DNA from: Psammoneis japonica
Lineage: Eukaryota
Length of the DNA: 64,000 nucleotides
Assembly (NCBI GenBank): GCA_008632985.1
Contig: QPGO01000057.1
Location: forward strand, 62,001-126,000
Direction: 5' to 3'
The position numbers and the translations under genes are program-made. Of this stretch, positions 1 through 10,163 are shown piece after piece (positions within the stretch are counted from its first letter, which is position 1; every line of letters begins with the position of its first letter). The notes beneath the pieces were generated by a model. That model worked only from the letters and a program-made list of their open reading frames with translations, did no database searches and was not told the origin of the DNA.

Positions 1-351
1 CTTGACGTGGAGGATACGGACATCGTGTTCCAGAAGGGAGACAATGACTTTGTTGATGGATACAGTCCGTTCATGGATAACACTCGCCGAATCCGGACGG
101 AACTCGATTCTATTCTGAAGGAGAGAAATGTGAAAACGGTGTACATTGCGGGTATTGCAACCGACTTTGGTGTGTTTTTTACAGCGTCGCATTCTATTTT
201 CTTAGGGTACAAAACCTACGTTATCCTTGATGCGACGGTTGGTATAGCTCAGGATACGACCGATGCTGCCATTGCGGCAATGGAAGCGGAAGGAGCCATT
301 ATTATCAACACATCAGACCTTCTGGCCATGAAATGCTCTTTTACGGAATGA
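1..351 (+). CDS. Nicotinamidase/isochorismatase-family hydrolase, C-terminal part (5' end outside window)
   Basis: Motifs KGDNDFVDGYSPF and VYIAGIATDFGV...GYKTYVILDAT match the PncA-like KG..D.YS.F and G.ATD.CV pattern, but the catalytic Cys reads Gly. Confidence 0.8.
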   Translation, partial: LDVEDTDIVFQKGDNDFVDGYSPFMDNTRRIRTELDSILKERNVKTVYIAGIATDFGVFFTASHSIFLGYKTYVILDATVGIAQDTTDAAIAAMEAEGAIIINTSDLLAMKCSFTE

Positions 352-544
352 GCAGCTATATTCGGCATCAAGCCTTTTCTTGTTTTCTCACAGAACCGGG
401 TATTTCTTTAGGAGTGAGTGATTGCGAGCACACAATTTAATGATTGACTTTATAGCGTTTCTTTCATTAAAAAAAACTACTACGACTCATGTTGTCTTCA
501 GAATTACCTCCCTCACCGTCATCATTTGAAACATCTCTGCGCAA

Positions 545-980
545 AAAGAAAAACACAAGTTTGCCGCCGGGGCAGACGGGCCAGTTTTGGTCATTGGTCA
601 CATGCGCTCTGACATGGCGTGCTTTTGGTGGCATGGAGCCCAAAGAAGTGAGAGCTGCTCAAACTCATTTCAAAAAATGAGAGCAGAGTGCTTGCAGCTG
701 TTGTGTGTGCTGCCATCATGATGACACAACTCACCAGCAGATTTGCTTGACCCATTCAACCACTGACTGCACACTCAAAAATCAACAACAACAAAATCAA
801 CAACAACAAGTGGTGGTGACCATGTCATTGAGCACCTTGACAGAAAACCTCCCTGACCCCACCACAACCACCAAAGTGGAACATGTCAACTGGACAAATG
901 CTGCTGTTGCACCATTTTGGCTGAGCAGCCTCTGGGAGTGTTCTTGTGTGTAACATCATTGTTTTGTGATGTGGTCATGA
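545..980 (+). repeat. Diverged direct repeat, copy A
   Basis: Exact 35-mer gcagatttgcttgacccattcaaccactgactgca at 737-771 and 5328-5362, plus colinear flanking matches (cattttggctgagcag, gcttttggtggcatg). Confidence 0.85.
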
Positions 981-3900
981 CAAATTGTCAACCATGTTGT
1001 TTGGCACTCACTGGTGTGTTGATCTTCATTTTAGCAACAGCAGCCATGATGAATCTGAAGACAATGGGCTGTGGAGATCTGAAAAAATGGTGGCACTCAC
1101 TCAGCCTGTCCTTCCATCAGATGATGTGTCAAAAATCCCAAAACGCAATGGCGCTGTTGTGACACACACCATTCATCAGACAGACATGTCCCTTGTGATG
1201 GACAATGGCAGTGCAGGGCTTGTTGACTGTCACAGTGAGTGTGATGCCCACTTGTGTGGTTGTCAGAACTGAGCTGAGGGCAAAGGTTAGCACAGCTTTG
1301 ATCCTTTGCCCAGTTGCTTGAAGCAGAGGCAAAAACAGCTTGACCATGGAGCTGTTCTCTGCACTGCATGATGTTGAAAAGGATGGAAATGACACCACTG
1401 CATTGTTGTTGTCATGCAACAACTTGTGCAGGCTTTGCTCCACTTGTGATGCTTGTGCTGAGCGGCAGCTTGTGAGCCACACTGTGACATTTCAGGGAAC
1501 TTGCTGTTGGGCATGCTTGGAGCAGATTCATGTGATTCAAGTCTGAAACAAAAACAACAACAACAATGACAACAACCAAAACCACAGCAACAACAATGAC
1601 ACAACAAGCAGCTCTTTGCAAGTTGCCATGGCATGCTTTTCTCTGGTGTGCTCTTGTGCTGCAATGAAATTTGCTGCTTTTTTGTGTTCATGTTGGGGTC
1701 ATGTGTCTTTTGCTCAGCATGGCATTCACATGACACAAGTTGCTGGTGCCCTTGGATTGCTCCATCTTGCCACCCCATGTGGAGCAGCAGATTTGTTTGA
1801 ATCATGGAAGTTGTGATGCTTTTTCAACATCATCTTTTTGCAGGGGGCACAGTGCTCAACTGGCTGGACATTGGCAAGGATTTTGCCCATGTTTTGGAAA
1901 GAGATCATTTCACACCCTGTCAATGCTTCCATGTTCTGGTCCAGGCATGTGCATGATGAGCAGAGCAGCACCATTCTTGGAGGCCACAAGTCCATGAATG
2001 AGCAGAAATCAAAAGCAGGATCCATGTCCTTGGTTGGTTTCCAATCCTTGCTCACTCATGCAGCAAGAAGAACCACCAAAGGCAGGTCCTGTTGTGGTTG
2101 TTTTTGTTCCTGCTGTGGCAGCCTTGCCTGTGCTTGTGCTTGTGCTCCCCTTCCATGACAATTGCCAAATTTGACAAAGGCCTCCTGAAATTGCTTGGGT
2201 GATGCCTTGTCATTTTGTGCAATGCAGAGTGAGCAGCTTGGTCCAGGCATCAAGCAGGGTGTGTTTGACTGCTCTTCTCCTTGCTGAACACTTTTTTACT
2301 TCCTGTTGCAACCCAAAAGCAGTGCCCCACAAATTTTGGAGCGCAGTGCTTGAGCTGCTGTCACAATTTTCATTTTCACCTTTGCAAATCTGATTCTGCA
2401 TCTTTTGATGCTTGTTGCAGTGAGACACTTCTGTTGACATTGATTCTGGTTGAGCAAGCAAGGTCATTTGGTGCTCTTGTTGTGCCAATGCTTCTTTCTC
2501 TGTTGTTGGTTGCTTGTCATTGTTGCAAGAGGAACTTGCAGCGGCGGTGTTGTTGTGGATCTTGTCCAAATCTGTGCTTGCATGAGGTGTTTTTTTTTGT
2601 TGATCTTTGTTGGGTGAAATGGTTGAAGGATGCACCAGTTCTTTCCATTCTTGTCATGTTCAATGTTGTCCAATGCAGAATTGCACAATGCACTCAGTGA
2701 GTTTGCCATTGGCTGAACAGAGCATCTGCCCCACACAAGTGCCAGGCACCACAAATGCAATTCCATGCATTTTGAGTGAGGTGTGTTGCACATGTCAAGT
2801 GAGAAGATTTCCAAATGGGCACTAAACTCAACCACAAAACTGTGAGCCTCTGGCATTGAGATTGCACCTTGCTGTTGCTGTTGGAGCATGTTGCGAGCAT
2901 TTTTTGGTCATCTTCTTCCATGTTGCTGGTGTGAACAGCAGAAGCTGCTGTCACACACCATGCTGGCAAATTTTTGATGAAGTTTTCTGGCTTGCAGACC
3001 TGGTGGCTGGCAGAAATGCTGGTTTGCCAATGGCCCTGATGGAGAGTTTTTGAGAAAGATCATTGACGGCAGATCATCCAGCCCCCCCCCCCCCCCCCCC
3101 NCACACACACACCAACACTTCACTCCATGTCCAGAGGTGGTTCTGGAAAGGGTGCTTCTTTGCTGGTGGGATGCTTCATTGCCATGGTTTTTGCACACAG
3201 TGTGTGTGTTGCTCCCTTTGTGGTTCTGGGCTCAATTTGGAGGCACTTGATCTCACTGACATGCACACCCACAAGATTGGCTGCCACATTGCAAGTGCTG
3301 CATAAAAAAAAATGTTGTTGGCATGCCAACAATGTCCACAACCTTGGGCAAGACAAAAACAAGACAAAATTGAGTTGCCAAAGCAATGATGGAGTCTCAA
3401 TTTTCCAGGACTGGTGGGTGTGGTTGATTGTCCATTGTCATGATGTGAGAGTGGATTTTCAATGCTGTGTTGTTGTCCTGTTGCTGGAGGACAACAAAGA
3501 TCATCTGTTCCTTCACAAACAATCATGTGAGACACACTTGCACTCATGTGCTTTCTGACTGCATGCCGCAGCTTTGACATTTCCAAAGGAGGAAAAAACA
3601 TGTTGCAGAAATGTGAAACAAAATGAATTTTTTTAGAAGGAGCACACAACAATCTGTTGAGTGAAGGTTGTTGCAGCACAATTTTTGCATTTCTCCACTT
3701 CACAGAGAAGTCCATTGTGCAACAACAACATGGTCAGCATTTTTTTAAATCTTCAAGAGTCTTGCTCAATCATGTCGGCATGGAGATTGACCATGGTGGT
3801 GGCTTGTTGTTCCAGCACCACATTCTTGACTTTGGTCTTGCAGACAAGGATGGTCAGAGACAAGACTGTGTCCTGCTTGATTGGCTTGATGAGCCCTCAA

Positions 3901-5087
3901 CAACCGTGCATGACTGGTTTCTTGCAACAGGAAAAGCATCCTCCTCAATTTCCTCACAAACTTTCTCATTTTGTGATTCTTCATCTTTTTCATCAAAACC
4001 TCCCCCCCAACACTCACTTCTCCACACCAATCATTTGTCCCCAGTGGTCTCAACAGCATTGTTGGTGAGGAGCCAACTGACAATGACCTCTGTGGCCTCA
4101 ACCCAGATGCTGTCACATGACTTCAGCAACATGACCCTCAACCTCACATTTGTTGGCAGTGCACTCATCAACACACAGAAGGAAGTGTGCTCATCTGGTG
4201 CCAGCTGTGACATGGTGACCAGTGACTGGGTCAAGGACAAGGCATTCCTGCCTGGCTCAATGGTTGACTGGCTCCAAGGCATTGACATGTGCAATTGCTG
4301 GGAGCTGTCATGTGAAGGTGTGTGGGATGACCACGTTGCCGATCTGGCACCCTGGAAGTTGGAATCACTCATCTGCGCCACATGACACAGCTTGTGTTTG
4401 ACATTGCACCAAACACCACAAGTGTGTCTGGCTTTGGTGACATCACCAGTGAGTGTGTTGCAGCAGAGGACGATGCAAGGGAACAGCAGCTTTCGTGCAA
4501 AAGAAAAGAAAATTGTGCAGCATGTGAGCAACCGAGTGGCAGAGCAGCAGCTGTCAATTGTGGTGAGAGAACATTTTTGAGTGCAGGACATGTTGGGTGT
4601 GATGTGCAGTGCTGCATGGAGCAAGGAGGCAAGCCAGTGCAATGATCAGCAAGAACACATGACAGCACAACTTCACATTGAAGCCGGCAGCGCTTTTGAA
4701 AACACATTGATGCAGACATGCTGGCAGTTGAATGTGATCTCTTGTCTCACTCTGCATTTTTGCACCAGAGGTGACCAAGAGCAAAAATGGTGGCAAACAC
4801 ACTGTGTGGTGCAAAGAACAGATTGAGAAACATGCTGTCCAGTCAAAGCTTTGTGCCAGTTAAGAGCCATGCTCTTGCTTGTTTCAGCACTCACTTTCTG
4901 GTCTGACTTGGCACTTGCTTTCCTCTTTGCTTTGATGCTTCAAATGGCAAACAATTTCATGCATGGCCAAATTTAATCCCAAGACACATTTGTTTGGCCA
5001 CCCCAGCTCCAGTTGAACAACTTCCAAGCCTGGTGCACATGTCTGCGAGGGGCGGGGCACAACTGGTGCAGCGCACTGGTGCGAGAT

Positions 5088-5595
5088 GAAAAAAACCAAA
5101 GCTGGCTGGGACAGAGGGGCCAGTTTTTGTCATTGGTCATGCATGCTCTGGCATGACATGACAGTGCAGTTGGCCACACCCTGCAGGAAAAGCTTTTGGT
5201 GGCATGCAGCCCAAAGAACTGAGAGCTGCTGAAGATCTCACATTTCAAAGTGGGCCCGAGACAGCAGCCACAGAGAGAGCTTGCAGCAGTTGTTGCCGTG
5301 TCAACATCATGACAACATGACTCACTGGCAGATTTGCTTGACCCATTCAACCACTGACTGCATGCTCAAAAAGCAACAACAACAAGTGGTGACCATGTCA
5401 CCAAACACTTCACAGTGGTCAACTTCCTTGTTGTCCCACACCTTTGGACTTGCAGCGGCCGCTGCCAGCCAAAATTTTTAAATGGAACATCCATGTCGAC
5501 TGCACAAACACTCCTGTGCCAGACATTTTGGCTGAGCAGTCTCTGGGAGAGTCTTCTCGGATGGAGGAGCGATGTTTCGTGATGCGGTCATCATG
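5088..5595 (+). repeat. Diverged direct repeat, copy B
   Basis: Colinear with 545-980, with indels and CA<->TG swaps. Confidence 0.85.
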
Positions 5596-5713
5596 AAGAA
5601 ACATCATTGGTGTTGTCGTGTTGAGATAATTAAAAATCCGAAAGTCAAAATCGTCTTGCCTTCACCCCTTTCTCCTTCGACTACAATCGGCACCGCGTAC
5701 CGTAGGCCTACTT

Positions 5714-6885
5714 ATGCCACAATCGCTCAACACCATGACGAAGAATAAGACGGACTTCATGATTGTTGTCGCTAAGTTGATTCTGTCCTTACTCTTCCCA
5801 CTTACGCCACTGCCGTTGAGTAAAGCTGGATTCATAGAGGCGTGTAGGAGCAATGCGACTCACATTTGTTGGCCAGGTCAGAAACCAAACCCAACTTCCC
5901 CACTCGCAGATGCTGACAAACATTATGCAATTGCAGATACGGAGTGCTGGTGGCAGACCCGTCGTGAAGCGGAGAAATCTGCTCTAGCCTACCTTCGAGA
6001 TAATGTTATGCCTTTTGACACTCCAAATATGGAAACGTTGGGATTTGTCAAAGAGCATGATGTAGATGTAGATGGTTTGGATTCCGGCTTAGTTGGGCCA
6101 ACCGTGAAGCTGGCGATCGATGCCAAAGTCAGATATTTATGGGCTGACGGTATTCCACAAGATGTATACTTTGAATACGTGTTGAATTATGCCAATGTAA
6201 ACGAGGCTAGGTCCAACTGGAGACCACTGATACTGCAAGCAATCCGGCACCTCTTGGATTCACTGCCAGCTGACGCTTCCGTCAATACCGTTGTGAAAGC
6301 TGTCAATTCCAACTTGTGGACTGCGCTTTCAAGGGGAGAAAACCCGATTGTTTTCAAAGCGGGTCAGACGCCACTTATCTTTGATCCAATGTCTGTCATA
6401 GCCTTTGGCTACGGCAGCTGCACCGGGTTGACTATCCTCTTTGTGAATGCCTTACGAGCTGCCGGAGTCGCAGCAAGATTGGTTGGAACACCAGCATGGC
6501 AGGGTGAGTGAGCAGACGCAATCCTCTCGTCGCCATTTTCCCTTCTAGTATGTCTTGAACTAACCCGTTTACCTATTTCTCTATTTAAAAAGGCGTACGA
6601 GAGAATGGCAACCATAACTGGGTCGAAGTGTATCGCGACGGAAGGTGGGACTTTATGGAACCTTCTGCTGGCGTTGATGATGTGGATGACCTGGACAAGC
6701 TCCCCTGTACAAGATGGTTTTGCAGTCAAAGTAAGCAGTACGGTAAAACGCGTGTGTTTGCGGCGAGACTCGATCGGAAAAAAGCCGACACTGCCTATCC
6801 AATGGCATGGGAATGGAATAACTCAGATGTTCCTGGGGAAGATCGGACTGATTACTATATCGCTGCCTGTTCTCTGTGTGATTAA
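5714..6885 (+). CDS. Transglutaminase-like superfamily protein, 2 exons (intron 6504-6592)
   Basis: GYGSCTGLTILFVNALRAAGVAARLVGTPAW is spliced (gtgagt...aaag) in frame to GVRENGNHNWVEVY..W.F.E; hydrophobic N-terminus. Confidence 0.8.
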
Positions 6886-7091
6886 TGCTACCTACGGCAA
6901 TTTGTATGACAGGTTTTCAATAGACATGTGGCGCATCTTCGGAAGACAACAGCAATATCACTGCCACGAATCGAACGGTGTATTCGTGTTCGTGACTCGC
7001 TCCCTCAATTCTGGCGTCCAGAAACTGGCGAATCCTTAGGTTACTCCCTTTTGCCACCCCTCCCTGCGTCTTTCTCATCCGTTTGCAACGC

Positions 7092-9686
7092 TTATAGTAT
7101 TTCTGATTTGTGTTTGTTTTCATTGTTAGCAAGAAGATCTCTCAACTCGAGCACCTCATTCTGCAGCGCGATGTTTTGTAGCTCCAACGTCTTCATCTTG
7201 CTATCCTTCGCCCCTTCCTTCCCCCCCAGGCTCGACCCAATCTTTTCAGTTTCCTTCTTTATGGTTGTATTTGCTTGATTTCTCGAGCGTTCATCCTTTG
7301 CTTCGGATTCTGCAGCGTCTACTCTTTTCATAAGAGAATCAATGATGCTTCTGAGCTTATTTTCAGTTTCTTTGCTCTCTTCCAATTCCCGTTCAATCTC
7401 CTTTTGCCTAAAAGGTTTTTGTTCATCTCGCGGGTGTGCTAGCTGCTCCTTTAGAGCTTCTACTTCAACTCTCAACCTTTTGGATTCTTCTCGGCTATTT
7501 GCCACCTCACGCTCAGCTAGCTTTCTGCCCTCCGCAATTTCACGGTCTGCAGTGTCAATTCGAACCATTAGTCCTTCTATTTTCACACGCGATGACGCCT
7601 CGTTCTCAGACAACAGCCGTTGCGCTTCCGCCAAATCTCTTGACAACTTGTCTTCTCGAATACTTTTCGCTACTCCTTTGGCATCGGAGTTCTTTTTCAA
7701 CTGGGACAGTTCCTTTTCTGTCTGGTGTAGCTTTGTTCGCAGCCTCAGAATTTCAGATAACCCCCCACTTGTTGCTGCCGGGGCCGCTTTTCCGTCTGAC
7801 GCGGGGCGTGCCGTTGGCGACACCGTGCCCAAACGCTCAAGTTCCAGCTCTTTTTCCACTCTCTGAAGCCTGGTCTTTAAGCGAAGTAGTTCCGGCATAC
7901 CGGCGATCTTGGAACGGTGCTCTGCCAGCTCTCTTTCCGTACGAATCAATTTGGCTCGCAAAGCAACGAGCTGTGACTCTTGTGACATTTCTTGTTGGGC
8001 ATCTTGAGATTTCCGTGCGGTATGTCTGGCTTCAGCCAACTGCGATCGAAGACTGGCAATGTCAGCCCTCAATTCAAGCACGGTCGGCGACTCTGGAGGA
8101 CGATCGAGGTTCGGGGAGCTCTTAACCTTCAGTTTAGCATTTGTAATTTCGAGCTGAGCCTGTAAATCGTCCTGTCGATTGCGATAGCGAGCCACGCGCT
8201 TTTCGGATTCGGTCTTGGTCCGACTAAGTTCGGCACGGAGATGGTTGACTTGGATTTCAAGATCCGTTATTTTTGACCGCAACTTTGAGTTCACGTCTTT
8301 TCTCTTCTTCAATTTCCCTTCCAAGTCTGGTGTGTTATTCATCGTGGGCGTTGAAGTTCTCTGTCTGCTTATTTCCTGCTGAGCCTCTTTCAGTTGAGCC
8401 CTAGTTTTATCCAACTCCGTCTGCATTGTATCTATTTGCCCATCTTGTTTGACAAGTTCCCCTAAAGCTCGAGACAAGCTTGCCTTTGGCACAGTCATTG
8501 ATTCGTCGTCTCTCTTAAACAATTGCAGTCGTATTTTTCGCATTGATTCTGGATCTTCCCCTCCATTGACAATCTCCGCTGTAGGAGAAACTGGAGTTCG
8601 ATCTGATATCTGGCCGTTCTTCCTCCGGAGTGAACGCTCACGTCTGCGTCGAGTTGGTGCGCTTCTTGATCTCTTTTTTCCGTCCAATTTGGGGCCTTCC
8701 ATTATGTTGATTGCCTCCGGGAGTCTCATGGCTCCCCTCGATGAACGAAATCCTTGTCCAGGGGTTTTCTGGCTCTTGGTGGATATCGATGATACTGATG
8801 TGGTGGTTCGCGTCCTGTCTGGTGAATTTTCGTTGTTTTCCCCAAAGCTGGTAAAGAAATCTTTGTCGTCCCCTCTTTGTTCTCCCACCACTCCCATCGC
8901 ACATTCTTCTCTGCATAGAAGAGTACCAGTGTCTGCAAAGTTTCGAAGACAGGCTTCGAATGTGGGGGGGAGTGGAACATTTTTTTCTTTTTTCTTTGCT
9001 GCATCTGTTTCCCGACCAGGTTTCAAGGCAACCTTTATGACTTTGGGAGTGGTCCGTTTTTTATCCATATTATGGGGCTCACCAGATTTTGTTTTGGAAG
9101 AGACAGCAACGGCCTTGGCCTGCACCTCTTTGACTCGTCTAATCATTTCCTGGACGTCTCTTCGTGTTGGTGTCGAGCAACTGATCTTCGTTGGCGTATC
9201 ATCTGGAGAGTCTCTGTCACCATTGTTGGCATCTCCGTTGCTGTTATTTGCCCGAGTATTCTTACCAGCGACCGCACTGCACGAAGCGAATGCCGACCGA
9301 TTTAGACCAATGTTTTGAGGAGAAGGATTACTTTCTGCTGCTGGCTGCGACTGCTGAAAATTCTCATCTTCCATAGAGCGAAATTTGACGGCTCTAGCAT
9401 CCGGAGAGCGTGTCGAGTTTCTCCGAGGCGCGGAATTTGTCACCGCTGTTGGAGATCGAGGGTTGCTCCTTTTTTGGGTGGTTGCAGTGATGTCGTGCAC
9501 ATCAACGTTCCTCATTTTCATGCTCGTTGTTCCACAGTGTGAAAGTACGATAGGCGCTATTCTACTAACGCACTTGGAATACTGGCGTCGGCAAAATACC
9601 GTTTCCCCATCTAGTACTCGACACAACAGCCAGCCTTTCCAATGATCTCTCGATGCCGGTGGTGCTTGGCCCTGTACTGTAGCCAC
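7092..9686 (-). CDS. Large coiled-coil protein with disordered N-terminus (true start probably downstream, ~9350-9520)
   Basis: 864-codon ORF with heptad-rich E/K/R/L C-terminal half and normal dinucleotide usage. Confidence 0.75.
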   Translation of the reverse strand: MATVQGQAPPASRDHWKGWLLCRVLDGETVFCRRQYSKCVSRIAPIVLSHCGTTSMKMRNVDVHDITATTQKRSNPRSPTAVTNSAPRRNSTRSPDARAVKFRSMEDENFQQSQPAAESNPSPQNIGLNRSAFASCSAVAGKNTRANNSNGDANNGDRDSPDDTPTKISCSTPTRRDVQEMIRRVKEVQAKAVAVSSKTKSGEPHNMDKKRTTPKVIKVALKPGRETDAAKKKEKNVPLPPTFEACLRNFADTGTLLCREECAMGVVGEQRGDDKDFFTSFGENNENSPDRTRTTTSVSSISTKSQKTPGQGFRSSRGAMRLPEAINIMEGPKLDGKKRSRSAPTRRRRERSLRRKNGQISDRTPVSPTAEIVNGGEDPESMRKIRLQLFKRDDESMTVPKASLSRALGELVKQDGQIDTMQTELDKTRAQLKEAQQEISRQRTSTPTMNNTPDLEGKLKKRKDVNSKLRSKITDLEIQVNHLRAELSRTKTESEKRVARYRNRQDDLQAQLEITNAKLKVKSSPNLDRPPESPTVLELRADIASLRSQLAEARHTARKSQDAQQEMSQESQLVALRAKLIRTERELAEHRSKIAGMPELLRLKTRLQRVEKELELERLGTVSPTARPASDGKAAPAATSGGLSEILRLRTKLHQTEKELSQLKKNSDAKGVAKSIREDKLSRDLAEAQRLLSENEASSRVKIEGLMVRIDTADREIAEGRKLAEREVANSREESKRLRVEVEALKEQLAHPRDEQKPFRQKEIERELEESKETENKLRSIIDSLMKRVDAAESEAKDERSRNQANTTIKKETEKIGSSLGGKEGAKDSKMKTLELQNIALQNEVLELRDLLANNENKHKSEIL

Positions 9687-10163
9687 TGGAAACCAATGTT
9701 CAATGTCAGTAGCCCTACGGTACGGTACAGCAATAAGGTCAGTGTCAGATGGTTGTATGTGTTGTATTGTAGTTTTCTACCCCTACTGTACGTATGTAAT
9801 TTTGTGCGGTGCAAGAACAAGATTGAAAACGTGACATGCATAAATATTCAATGATGAATGATATAAAAATGAAATGATACATTCATTGCTAAGGAATGAA
9901 GAATAAAGTTGTATCAGGCACGTGATCCGTTGAAAACAAAATTTCAAAGACGAATGACGATACTGCGGGCCGTCGCGATGGTACAGTAATAGAATCCATC
10001 TCCAAATCTCAAATTCGCGCCTTTACGCCATTTTTTGATTTACGAGCCAACTATAAGAAAGATTGTAAGTAACAGTGGATCGACGACCGTCAAAATCACT
10101 ATAGCTCTCTCGAGTTCGAGTTAGTGGTGCAGCGAGGACCATGTTGAGATTTCGTCAGGTATT

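Larger units (their letters stand above)
545..5600. other. TpA/CpG-depleted hypermutated block 1 (dead gene and repeat fragments)
   Basis: Manual scan of ~1290-2296 found 0 TpA and 1 CpG. ORFs in all six frames are nearly Tyr-free and rich in Cys/His/Gln. Confidence 0.9.

Noticed and set aside
545..5600. Dozens of Cys/His-rich ORFs here and in the other depleted blocks as real genes (metallothionein, zinc-finger or selenoprotein-like)
   Set aside because: They overlap in all frames, almost lack Tyr and are explained by loss of TAA/TAG and TAY->TGY/CAY.
7342..9318. Long plus-strand ORFs opposite the coiled-coil gene (also 42082-42549 and 62155-62688)
   Set aside because: Antisense shadows of low-complexity charged coding sequence.
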